From contig CAWGMQ010000006.1 of the NCBI GenBank assembly GCA_963823665.1, positions 1,762,597 through 1,826,596 on the forward strand: a DNA stretch of 64,000 bases. Direction: 5' to 3'. The DNA comes from an uncultured Planctomycetota bacterium (GTDB lineage: Bacteria > Planctomycetota > Planctomycetia > Isosphaerales > Isosphaeraceae). A program made the position numbers and the translations under genes. Below the pieces are notes generated by a model. The model was not told the DNA's origin. It saw only the letters and a program-made list of their open reading frames with translations, and did not search any database. Shown piece by piece: positions 52,501 through 63,561 of the stretch (position 1 is its first letter; each line of letters opens with the position of its first letter).

Positions 52501-54576
52501 TGCCTCGCGACCGAGAGCCATCAGGACGGTCGCTTCGCGAGCGAGGTGCGACTCTGGGACGCGAGCACGGGCCGGTTGCAGTGCCCGCCGATTCCGCAAC
52601 TCAACTACGTCGCGGCCCTGGCCTTCCAGTCCGACGGCAAGGTGCTGGCCACCGGCGATTTCTACGGACTGGTCCGGCTCTGGGATACCTCGACAGGCCG
52701 GGAGATCGGGCATCCGCTTTTTCAATGCGAGATCGTGCTCAGCCTGGCGTTCAGCCCGGATGGCCAGATGCTCGCGGTGGGGCTTTCCAACGATCATACC
52801 GCCAAACCGGGCGTCCGGGTCTGGGACACCGGGACACGCCAACCCGTCGGCGATTTGCTGCCGAGCACCCATCCCGTCAACCGGATTGAATTCCGTCCCG
52901 ATGGTCGAGCCCTGCTCGTGGATGCCGGTCCCACCACGCGGCTCTGGGATCTGCCCCGACGGCAGACGATCGGCGAGCCGATCATTGACGAGGTGTCTTG
53001 CGGATTCCGTAGGGATGGTGGGGCGTTCCTCACGGTCGGAAGTGACGGCACGGTCAAACTTCGCGACGCAGCGACGGCGGCGGTTATTTCCAGCCTGCTC
53101 TCCAGCACGTCGCCGGCCACCTGCGCGGCGTTTCGCAGTGATGGTGCGCTCGTCGTCGCGGGGTTCGCGGATGGCAGCGCCCGGCTCTGCGACCCGGCCA
53201 CATCGCAGCCGGTCGGTCCACCGCGCTTGCTAAGTCACGGCGTTCATCACGTCGCGTTCGCGCCCGAAGGCCGGACTTTTGCCGCGATCGACGAGTTCGG
53301 CGAAGCCCGCACCTGGCCCGTTGCCGAGCCGGTCCAGGATGCCGAGCTCGCCGACTTGACGCTGCGGATCGAGGCCCGGACCGGCCTCCGGATGGACACC
53401 GGTCAGGCGATCTCGCGGCTCGACGACCGGGCCTGGCGCGACCGGCTCGAGCGGTTAGGGCAACTCGATCCCACCGCGTTGCAGCCGGATGACGATTCCG
53501 CCTGGTACGAGTTGATGCTCAGTGAGGCCGAGCGGAACGGCCATGCGTTCGCGGCGCTGTGGCATCTCGACCGCCTGATCGCCGCGCGGCCCGACGATTG
53601 GTCCCTCTATGCGCGCCGGAGGCGTGCGCGGTCCTTGTCCGACAACTCCGACAGGTTCGCCAAGGCCGCCACGGACTACGGGCAGGCGGAGCGGCTGGGC
53701 TCCCGCGAGGAGGTCTTGGATTTCCAGACTCAGTGCGTGGTCGACTGCACCGAAGCCGGGCGCTGGGCCGAGGCCCTCTGGTATCTCGACCGCCTGATCG
53801 CCGCGCGGCCCGAGGACGGTTTCCTGCACGAGGACCGCGCGGCGGTCTTCGGCAAACTGGGGCGCGAGGCCGACCGCCAGGCCGAGCTTGCCCGCGTCTT
53901 CGAGCTGGGGGCCGACCAGGGACTGGTCATTCCCCGGGCCGAGGAGCTCGGCAAGGCAGGCCGCTGGGCCAAGGCCGCGGTCCTGCTGGCGCACTGCGGC
54001 CGGACCGGTCCGCTGAGCCGGGAGCTCGCCCAGGCCTGGGTGATCGCCTGTATGAGGGCGGGTGATCGCGCGGGCTACCGCGAGGCCTGCGCTGCGTTCA
54101 TCGCCTGCCATCGACCGGAACCGACGGTCTTCTGGAACACCCTGGCCGCGGCTTCGTTCATTGGCCTGGGGGCGCAGGGCCTGGACGACTACCAGGTGCC
54201 AATACACTGGTGCGAAAACCGGCTTGCCGCCGTCCCCGCGCCGGGCAAGCTGGCTCGTCACCTGTTGGTGAGCGCCCTGGGAGGACTGCTGCTCCGGGCC
54301 GGCCGGGAGGATGAGGCGATCGCGCGCCTGAACGAAGGAATCAACCTCGGAGTAATGGAATTCGCCACCGACTGGGCCTTCCTGGCAATGGCGCACGCGC
54401 GGAAGGGAAGGATCGAACAAGCCCGCCGCTCACTGGAGCGTCTCCGCGCTGCGGCTCCGGATCCGTTGGGATCTTTCTGGGAATTCCAGGAGCTGGCCCT
54501 CCTGCGGAGCGAGGCCGAGTCAATGCTCTTCGATGCCGGGTTTCCGAGTGACCCGTTTCACGGTTCGAAGCCGTGA
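49499..54576 (+). CDS. Ser/Thr kinase + TM + WD40 + TPR; frameshift near 51735
   Basis: Kinase motifs as in cassette 2 but 'HRDIKPSD'; 'WARRNP' plus TM segment; WD40 repeats; TPR-like tail ending 'FPSDPF'. Confidence 0.88.
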
Positions 54577-54741
54577 TCCCGGCGGCATTCGTCCGACAAG
54601 CGGCTTCCGAACGCGATCTCGATTCGCTCCGAAACTACGCCGATTTCCGGGCGCTCAATGCCCGACCGGACTGTCCCACGCGATCCATTCGCTCGACCGT
54701 GACGACCTCAGTCTCATTTTTGTCTGGGCGCCGCCACTGAT

Positions 54742-55272
54742 TCATCCTTGATTGTCCTCGCGGGGAGCATGCCTTGCGGGCGGCCGTTCGGCGCACCTGG
54801 ACGGGTTTAACGCCGCCGCGGCCATGCGTCGTTCGAGCACGGCGTGAAGACGGCTGACCGTTCGTAGCAAATCAGCTCGGTCAACTTCACTCAACTCATC
54901 GAATACCGTCGTCATTGCCCTGCAATGTTCTCCCCAAACCCGCTCGCCGACCTTGCTCCCTTCAGGAGTGGTTTCGATCACGGTGGCGCGCCGGTCGGTG
55001 CAATGGGCGACGCGCCGGACCAACCCCTCGTGCTCGAGCGCATCGACCAGCTTGGTAATGTTGCGGGCCGAGACGTCGAGCCTCACGCCCAGTTCGCTCA
55101 TGATCATCGGCCCTTTGACGTGTAGCATGCCGATCAGCTTGAGCCGAGCGTAGCTAATCGATCCCTTCTCATACTTTAACTCGAGCCAACGCCTGAATAA
55201 TGGCATGAGGCGCCCGAAGGCTTCAACGAGGGACTGGGAGTCGGACGTGCGGTCCGAGGAAGACCTTGACAT
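54742..55272 (-). CDS. MarR family regulator
   Basis: 'MSELGVRLDVSARNITKLVDALEHEGLVRR...DRRATVIETTPEG'. Confidence 0.9.
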   Translation of the reverse strand: MSRSSSDRTSDSQSLVEAFGRLMPLFRRWLELKYEKGSISYARLKLIGMLHVKGPMIMSELGVRLDVSARNITKLVDALEHEGLVRRVAHCTDRRATVIETTPEGSKVGERVWGEHCRAMTTVFDELSEVDRADLLRTVSRLHAVLERRMAAAALNPSRCAERPPARHAPREDNQG

Positions 55273-55954
55273 TTCAGACTCGACTCTCATAATACTGGAC
55301 CGGTACAATATCAACTCGGTAAGTAGATCGGTCGATATTATAAACCGGCGACAGGCCCCTGGACAGCAAAGCCCTCAACCGGCCCCGACAATAAGTCGGG
55401 CTCCAGGGCGGAGGCCGACACGGGGCCTGCACAGTAAAAACGAAGGCGACGACATGGATGCGATGCTCCGGATGCTGTTGGGATCTCACCGTTGGGACGT
55501 CGCCCAACGTGAGTATCCGCGCGTTGATCGAGCCGTCGATCGGTCCAGCATCCCAGTCATGCCCAGAACAATGAAGGCGCGAGAAAATGGTGCTTTATCT
55601 CCTTTGGCTTCTCACACTTTCGGCACCCTTGATTGCTCTGGCGCTAACGGCCGGTTGCACACCCTTACAGAGGACGGTTTCCGAAACGCGCTTCGTCGCG
55701 ACGACCGCCAGCGATGCGACTGCTGCGGCGGCGCCACAAGAGGCCGCAGGGCAGTCTCGGAAGCGCGAGCACTCACGGGAGATCAAAATCTCGCACAGCG
55801 GAATTTGTCGATCATCGAAAGGGAAGGTCCACTCGATGAAGAATCGACCGTGGGCCGACGGGTAGACCACACCGCGTCGCCGTGACCGTTCGGCGGGCGG
55901 CGGCCATAAAACAAACGATTGGACCCTGATCGAGACTCTAGGGAAGGATTCTTC

Positions 55955-56938
55955 GTGCCCTCTACAGAACTCAGCCGCCGATTGTCGCGTCAAGAACGCT
56001 TGATCTTGCTTGTCCTGGCCACAGTGCAGTTCACGTCGATCGTCGACTTCATGGTGATCATGCCGCTGGCACCTCAGCTCAAGCGGGCGATCGGCCTGAC
56101 GACGGACCGATTTGCCTTGGTGGTGGCGGCCTACACCATCGCGGCAGGATTGGCCGGTCTCGATTTCGACGGTCTTCCTGGACCGGTTCGCGCGGAAACC
56201 GACGTACCTGGTGCTTTTCGCCGGGTTTCTGATCGGGACGCTCGCCTGCGGCATCGCTCCCGACTTCGTCAGCCTGTTGGCGGCCCGGCCACTGACCGGC
56301 GCGTTCGGCGGAATCTTGGGTGGCATGGCGATGACGATCATCGGCGATGTCTTCCCCGAGAATCGCCGTGGAACGGCCACCGGCATCCTGATGGTATCGT
56401 TCTCGATCGCCTCGGTCCTCGGAGTACCGATCGGCCTGACGCTCGGGCAGGAGTATGGTTGGCACATCCCGTTCCTTGTCCTCGCGGCGCTTTGCGTCCC
56501 CTTCTTCATCCTGGCAGCTCGGGTGTTGCCCCGACTGGAATGATCACCTCGAGTGTCGTCCCGCGCCTTCGGGGCGGCTTCATGGGTGCCAACTCGGCCA
56601 TTCAACATCTCTCCTCGAGCCTCGGGGTCATCGTCGCCGGTTTCATCCTGTTCGAGCCCAAGAATGGGCCGATCGAGCACTTCCCCGTCGTCGGCCTGAT
56701 GGCTGCCATCGTCTCGCTCTCGACCTTGTGGCTTGCCGGCCGACTTCGGGTGGAGGGTGTTGCCGCGGACGAAGCGGCCGTGGAACCGGTGAAGTCTCAG
56801 CTTTCGGTAGCGCACGGACAGGAGGAAGTGCTAAAACCAGCCGTAACAACAAGAGTCGTCTTGTCTCGGGAGGACCAGGTCGCCGATCTCGGCCCGCACC
56901 GGATAGACGGAGCAGGAGGAATCGGCCATGCGCTTTGA
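55955..56938 (+). pseudogene. MFS transporter with a frameshift (~56160) and a large internal deletion (~56540)
   Basis: 'QFTSIVDFMVIMPLAP', 'LDRFARK', 'DVFPENRRGTATG', then a jump to 'PRLRGGFMGANS'. Roughly TMs 7-10 are missing. Confidence 0.75.
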
Positions 56939-57229
56939 TCACATGCACTCTGCGGAATTCCTGGAACTGTGCTCACAGATTTCCACTGACGCCGATCGAG
57001 GATGACGGTTCGTACCGGGCTGCCGATCGGGATCCTCGATCGTCTCTTCGAACTTGATGACCTGCGGACTCCGGCCGAGCTGGAGTATTTCCGGACATTC
57101 ACGCAATTTCGCTGCTGATATGAATGAAATCCGATTCGACGCCCGCCAGCGTTGTTTCCTTCGCCGCACGGCGAGCGACGAGCACTGGTCTCCGGCTCGT
57201 CTTAACGCCGGCGGTCGGGAGACCATGTC

Positions 57230-57773
57230 ACCGGGACCGAGACCATCCACAAGGCGGCCAGAGGCGGCCGAAACGGTCGATCCAGCTCGGGCTCGGGATA
57301 CCAGCGGCGACCGTTGCGATCAGGCGTACCCGGCCAGCGGCGCAACGGCGGTGACCAACACCACTCGGAGGCTGATGACGATGATTCGCCCGGCGAGCCC
57401 AGGAACGCCAGGAAGGCGAAGGGCAGAGAGGCCAGGAAACGTCGCGAGGCCGGGCACAGGCGGCGAATGCCAGCTGGCCGATCAGCGAACGCAACGGAGA
57501 CGCGGCGATTCAGTCGCATGATCGCGAAGGCCGGCAGCAGGAAGAAGAGGAAGCAGAGCTCGATGATCATCGAGATGCTGTTGCAGAGTTTAGGGAGTTA
57601 CCGAAATTGCAGAAATAGTCGACCGGGACCGAGCGGATTCTGAATGCGAGCGAGAAGGGGCGGGCCGGGCCAACGCGGCCCCAGCACAACGCGATGATGA
57701 GGATCATGGCATCGCCCACCCTGAACGGGCGCCGCTGTCTGTGGTCGATGCCGGTGACTGTCGGGTGCTGCAT
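57230..57773 (-). pseudogene. Degenerate planctomycete-type membrane protein
   Basis: Fragments 'RPFRVGDAMILII' and 'PSWIDRFGR' in different frames. Confidence 0.45.
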
Positions 57774-58309
57774 CGATCGGTCCTTCTCCCCGTTCGTTGT
57801 CGGCGTGCGTCGTCTCGCCAGATAAGCCAATGGCCGCTCGCCCAGGGCGTAGGCTGCCACGTGCACTCAGCTCGGCACCCGAAAGATGTCCGCGACCACG
57901 TTTCACCTGCTAGTATCTTTTGCGGCAGGTTGTGTCTGTTGAATGAGTTAGTGAAATATGGATGAAGCCTTGTTCTTCAGTTGGTGATGACAAGCTTGCC
58001 TTTTGTGAAGGCCAACGACTGAATTGCCGAAACCGTCGCCCAGGAAGAGGGAGCCCGTTGCCGCCTACCTGTTCGTGTTTTCCATTGCGAGCATTGATCG
58101 CTCTGGGTGTATTGCTCCTGGATATCAGATCATCGTGTTCCCGTGGCGTGGACTCGAACGGCTGTGGACTCGACACTTGGGCCGGGCGCAACCAGCCGAG
58201 GTTTTGTAGGTCCGGCCCTGTTGCGGTTCGGCTCGAAGCGCTCGAAGGATGGAGGTGGTTGATGACCGTCGATGACAACGGACGACTGTCCGCAACCCGT
58301 TCAACCGCC

Positions 58310-59260
58310 ATGCACGAGATGACAAGTGCGGAAGATGCCGAGATCCAGCACTACGGCGACTCGAATTTTCGGATGTCGCGCTGTCACGGCCGATCTCATC
58401 GTGGAAGCCGGTGCAGGCCGACCTCGTCCAGCGCCGGCAGCTTCCGGATCGGCTGATCGAGGTGCTTCCACGTCGGCGAAGACGAGCTCGACACGTATCT
58501 TCTGGAAATTGCCCTTACCCCGAAGCACGTGTGCGAGTGAGGTAATGGACGACATCGCATCTTCGTCGCTGGGCGACATCTACTCCGGAGGTCGTGGTCC
58601 TATTCCTCTACCCCAAGGGAAATGTCTTGCCGGCGGAAACCATCAAGTTGAAGAGCCGCCAGGGCTCTACGACATCGGATGCGTCATCGCACATCGTCAA
58701 GCTGTCGGAAGTGCCGGTTGGCGAGCTTCTGGCGACCGGCGATATGGGTGTAGTCCGTGGGTACGGCTGGCGAGATTCGGATGGACCGCCTGAGCCGATC
58801 ATCCGCGAATGCCGAGCTCGCATCGACAAAGTCGGCTCGCGCCGTCGAGAAGGAATATCTACTCGCAGTGACTGCTCAATTCCTGGCACGCTTTCGGATA
58901 ATACGGGGCAGATGCTTCGAGATCCTGGGAGGGCGGAAAGGAGTTGATCGAGTCGCCGCTGCTCAAGGACTCGAGAAGAATGGACCCGAAGAGGGAGAAG
59001 CGCAAAGGGAAGCGCGAAGGGAAACACAAAGGAAAGCACAAAGGGAAGCGCGAAGGGAAGCGGAAGGGAAGCACGAGAAGGGGAAACGCGAAGGGGAAAT
59101 CGGATTGCTCATGACGTTCTTGATACAGCAGTTGGCACCCAAGCTCGTCGCTCAAGACGGAGATCACGGCGATCGCCGATGACGCGCGGTTGAAAGACTT
59201 GATCGAGCATGCCGCCACGTGCCGGAGCCTGGCGACGTTTCGCAGAAGCTCACGTCATGA
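58310..59260 (+). pseudogene. Rpn/YhgA-like (PD-(D/E)XK-type) protein, many frameshifts
   Basis: Fragments 'IQHYGDS', 'LPDRLIEV', 'VVLFLYPKG', 'ELLATGD', 'GPPEPIIRECRARID', 'YLLAVT', and a GKREG-type 12 bp repeat tract at 58993-59097. Confidence 0.55.
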
Positions 59261-59353
59261 TGCGCCTGTCGGCTCGGCGGAGATGTCTTCTGAGCGCTCT
59301 CAGCTTGTGGCCAAACGTAGGCGTCCCTGTTTCCGTCCCCTGTTTCCCGTCCC

Positions 59354-59755
59354 ATGAAATCAATCACCGCAACGAATTATCAGAAAACCAAATTTTATCC
59401 CGCGGTCGCCGGGGCCGTGCGGAAATCCTCCAAACGACAAATCGTGGCTCACTCCGGTCGAGTTGCTGTGCGACTCAGCGGATCACGAAAGCGCAGTGCG
59501 AGGGTTTGCGGTATCGGACGCATCCCCTATGTGGAGAGCATCTCGTCGGGAACCTCTCCAAGCTCTCCGTCATCCTGCGGCTTCTTGACTACCACGCCCA
59601 AGACTATGCGGATTGAAGACCGTCGCAAACCATATATCATAAATGGGGCGCGCGGTGGTTGAAACGTGCTCGTGCTTCGTTCTTCGAAAGCAGGTGCACC
59701 GGCGCTGAAGGCGTGCGTACGCCCGGCACTACGTGCCGGCGACGCACCGGCTGAA
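59354..59755 (+). pseudogene. Conserved hypothetical protein, frameshifted
   Basis: 'MKSITATNYQK..FYPAVA', 'GRIPY', 'GNLSKLSVILRLL' in different frames. Confidence 0.45.
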
Positions 59756-60087
59756 GAAGGCGACGGCGATCAAGCTCGTGGCGGCCTGCTCGCGTCGAAG
59801 CGTCGTGCAGGATCGCTCTGACCCAAGGGCACCCATCGCGAAGCCGAGGTGGTGAAGAGTCGCGGCGTGGAGATCGGTGATTGACGATGGCTGCGGTAGG
59901 CGTCCGCGAGAAGTTGGACGAGTCCTGTCGTCAGCGAGAAACCAACAACGCGGCCACCCTGGCGAGCGGCGCATTCGTTTCCATGATTGAAATTCCGGGA
60001 GTGTTGGAAGAAAAGGCCGTCCGGACGACATACAAGGACAGCCTTGTACGCGAGGATGAGATTGGACGCCGGTAAAGGATCATCACA

Positions 60088-60970
60088 ATGTCGATGCTGA
60101 GGAATTCGCGGGCGACGCCAGCCTTGCAATGCTGTCTCCACTTCGGCGCAACCGGTGCCCTGGCGAGCGACCTTGAGCTGCTGCGCACGGTTCCGGCAGG
60201 ACGACCGCGACGTATCCGAGGCGGCGCCTTGCCGCGCTCGTCGCCCGACATGGCCGGATGGTCCAAGGGGTCTCCGGCGGATCCTCGGTGACGATCACGA
60301 CACGGATGACGCTTTCCAGGCGACGTTTCTGATCCTAGCTCGCGAGGCCACCGTCGGTGCGAGTGGAGGATTCGCTGGGATCCTGGCTGCACGGGGTCAG
60401 CGTGCGAGTCGCTCGCCGCCAGGGCGATTGCCATCGCGCACCGTCGCCGTGCCCAGCCGCTCGACCGGATCGATCCGTCCGATGTTCCCGCACGTGCGAA
60501 CACCATGGAACACGAAGGGTGCTCCGGTCGGTGATCGATGACGAGATCGCGCGGTTCCGGCGCCAATCGTTCGGTCATCGTCCTTGCTGCTTGAAGGGGC
60601 TGACCGACAGATAGCAGCGCCACCGGCTCCGTTGCCCGGTCGGACGGATCCCCGGCCGCTGCGCGTGCCGTAAATCGGTGACCATCCGGCTCAAAAGTCG
60701 CGGGCTTCCCTCGGCGTCGGCACGCTCGCGGCGCTCGCCGATCGATGCGTCTCCCGCGGCGGCCGTCTCGAGGACTCGTGTCATCCACGGCCAATGCCGC
60801 GGTGGGTCTTGTATCTGGCAAATCAACTGCCGGGATTGTTCCGGCCACCGCCCTGGCGGATTGGCGGATTCTGCACACAACAGCATGTTCTTGATGCGTG
60901 CGGCACTCGTGGCTGCGTCGGCCCTCATTGTCTTCGAAACTCGCCGCGCCTGGTCTAGGCACTGGCACTG
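60088..60970 (+). pseudogene. ECF sigma factor with a C-terminal extension (different subfamily), heavily frameshifted and cut off at ~60970
   Basis: 'RRILGDDHDTDDAFQATFLILAR', 'SLGSWLHGVSVRVARR', Ala-rich extension '...SMFLMRAALVAASAL'. Confidence 0.7.
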
Positions 60971-60984
60971 CAGAATCAAGTTCC

Positions 60985-61730
60985 AACGCCCAACCGAATT
61001 CAATTTTCATATTGATTGCTTCCAAAACCTATGTTCACTCTAAACAATTAACAATCTGAGATTTATTAATTAAATTTAAATTTAATTCTTGATTAAAATG
61101 ATTATGATAAGTTGATCACTGAATATCGCCAAAACAATTCCATTCAGAAGAACAATTTTTAACCGTGTTGACCTAAGTGTGTCTATGACCTAGGCTCTGG
61201 CTACACTATATTTTTAAAAAATTGCACACTGTCGATATTCCTTGGGGGCATAATAATTTAATGTAAATTAGTGTTCAAGCCTGTGCGACTCCGTGCGAGA
61301 CGAGTAGATGAGGAGCCGAGCAGAGCGTGAGCTAAGCGACGTGAGAGCAGTGCAAAGCGAGAGCAGAGCGAGAGTGAGGCGAAGAACTGAAGAGCACAAA
61401 AGTGCGGTGCCGAACCGGGTAGAAGAAGCACCTCCTTTGCTACTTATATAGACTGCGAAGTGAAAAACAAATGCTCGGGTTAATAATGCAAATGCTCGTG
61501 CACAATGAAGATGCGCTGACACTACATTTTGGGTATATTTTTTACTCGTATTTGTGAAAATACTTTCACAACCCTCGTTGAATAAAAATACTCGTGCATT
61601 GTCAAAATTTGTAAAATCCTTTAAAATAAAATAAAAACTCCTGTGATAGGCACGGAAATATAACCTAAAACCCATTGTACAAAGGGCATCACCTGAGCTC
61701 TAGGTCACTTGGCCTTTTGGTTTTTTTCTT
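60985..61730. other. AT-rich non-coding segment of probably eukaryotic or viral origin
   Basis: Abrupt GC drop, no credible ORF, minus-strand CTATATAA (61444-61451), ATGCAAAT (61486-61493), AATAAA copies. Confidence 0.6.
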
Positions 61731-62399
61731 GCCGATCCAGTCGACGTATGCGTTTTCGGGGTAGTAACTATGGGGATCGTTGGGGTTGCCTTCGGTGTAG
61801 TGGCCAGGGTTCCAGAGGAAGACTACATTGGTGGCCCCGGCGGATTGGAAAAGCTGGTGGATGTGCTGCCAGGCTCCGATGAAATCCGTATAGACCTGTT
61901 GGGTGGGCGCCGTACCGTTGTCGTTGCGGCAGGGTTGGTTGCCGTCGTTGGCGTTGATGAGATTGAATTCCCAGAACCAGCGCAGCAGGACGGGCCCCGG
62001 GTATTGTGCCAGAGCCTTAGCCGTGGCTGTAATGACGGCATTTTCGGTGGGGTCGCCCGAGGCAATGATGTGATCGGAGTTAACCGTCTTGCCGTCGCAG
62101 GTCCACGAAATGACCGGGACGCGGCCGTGTTGGATGTCGCCCTGCAGGGCGGTGTCGGGTTGAAAGACGCCGCCGGCGTTAAGGAGTTGGGAGAGATCGG
62201 TCCAGCCGTAGTAACCGAGATGGAGGGCGAACGGCCGGTTGATGCCGGAGGCCCTTTCCAGAAGTTCGATGGCGGCCTCCTGGTTGTTGGCGGAGTTCGG
62301 ATTGGCCCATACGCCCAGGTAAACGCTGCTGGCGGGGACGGGGAGGGTGGAAGCCGCCTGCAGGAGGGGAATGACGAAAAGGGCAGGGAAGGCTCTCAT
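61730..62399 (-). CDS. Secreted GH26-like glycoside hydrolase, truncated at the junction
   Basis: Signal peptide, 'PVISW', 'LLRWFWEFN', 'NVVFLWNP', 'YYPENAYVDWIG'. The frame then runs into the AT-rich segment. Confidence 0.75.
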
Positions 62400-62452
62400 C
62401 GAATATCGACATTATAGTGTAGGGATCGGGCAAGTAGAGATAGTCGATTGAC

Positions 62453-63381
62453 TCAATTCGCCGAAGGCCTCGCCACTCTGTCGATCACCAGGATCCGCAC
62501 CGGCCCTTTGGTCGATTCCACTTTTAACCCAAGTTGATCGCGCAGAGCTTCGACCGATGTCGGACCGGGCGTGTCCGGCGGCGCGGCCCCGGCGTCCGGC
62601 CGCGGAGGCCCGTTGGGCGTGAGGGTCCATTCCATGGTGAAGTCATACCTCCCGCTCAACCCGGTTTGATCGATCACCGGACGGCCCTGGCCCACGGCCC
62701 CGGAAAGCGATCCCGCCAGCATCTCCATGGTGGCATTGCGGTAACCAAGCATGAGCATACCGCCGGGCTTACGGATCAGTGCCACTGAATCGCAGAACGG
62801 CGGAAAAGTCTCGCGAGTCTCGCGACCGATGGCAGCCCGGCCGCCGTACAAATACGCCCCGTACGCATCGTTCGCAGAGTCTCCGGAACCGCAAGGAGGG
62901 CCGCCGGCGTGTAGGATCAGCTTCGGCCCCAGCTTCCCGGGCTTGACCAGAGCCAGGGCAAACACCGTCATCTCCCTGATTTCGAAATGGGCCTCCATCT
63001 TGAACCGGTCCGCCAGCAGGGACTGCATCATCAAGCGCATCTGATCCTTGGTTGGATTGCGGGTCGACGTCCGCGCCTCTATGTGGTAAGAGTCTGTCGT
63101 GACCCACTCCGGTAAGTGGCGGAACATCTCCCGCTCCAGCGTCTCGACCGGCAGAAGCTTGTACGCGAACTCGATGTAGTCCTCAACGCGAAGTCCGCCC
63201 GGAAGTAACCTCCCGTGGGGCGGTATGCCTCACTCACATTCACCGGGAAGCTGGGTGGCCCAACCTTTCCTGTGCTCGGCGTGACGGAGGCAACTTCGAA
63301 CGCCATCTTCCCTCCGGCCTTAGTCTCCCAGTCGGGCACATCCGGAGCCTGCTGAGCCTGCGCGCTCAGAAACGCAATCAT
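62453..63381 (-). CDS. TIGR03435 family (Acidobacteria soil-associated) protein; frameshift near 63185, start uncertain
   Basis: 'AFEVASV', 'PEWV..DSYHIEAR', 'MMQSLLADRFK', 'RPVIDQTGL.GRYDF', 'QLGLKVESTKGPV..LVID...PSAN'. Confidence 0.88.
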
Positions 63382-63561
63382 CGCCGTCGCGAGAGCGGCC
63401 GCTCCAGCCGCCCTGGCCGCTCCTCGGACAAGCTTCTGTCCAGAAATAGACAGCCCTCCTTTCCTCCCTTACGATTCAAGACGTACCCGCGCGGAACTCC
63501 GTGGAGGGAATCATGGGAGCAAAACGTGCTCACGCTTTTCCTCTTCGCGGCGCCTGCACAG

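Noticed and set aside
197..54576. Single frameshifts in many genes (DUF1501, PSD1, GGDEF, isomerase, S53, M28, ADP-ribosylglycohydrolase, both kinases) as programmed frameshifting or true pseudogenes
   Set aside because: They are scattered over unrelated genes with no shared slippery motif, and both halves are otherwise intact. Long-read indel error is the simpler explanation.
55453..55885. Lipoprotein or TolC-like gene upstream of the MFS
   Set aside because: Only a possible lipobox (LTAGC) in a 92 aa ORF, with no supporting domain.
58993..59097. 12 bp purine-rich tandem repeat as a regulatory or contingency locus
   Set aside because: It is the ordinary GKREG-type coding repeat near the C-terminus of Rpn-like proteins.
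59800..59950. Second DUF1501 gene (minus-strand 'SITDLHAATLHHLG')
   Set aside because: Only a short degenerate fragment in the error-rich zone; too little to call.
61268..61675. 135 aa minus-strand ORF in the AT-rich segment
   Set aside because: No recognisable motif, and the composition resembles translated non-coding DNA.
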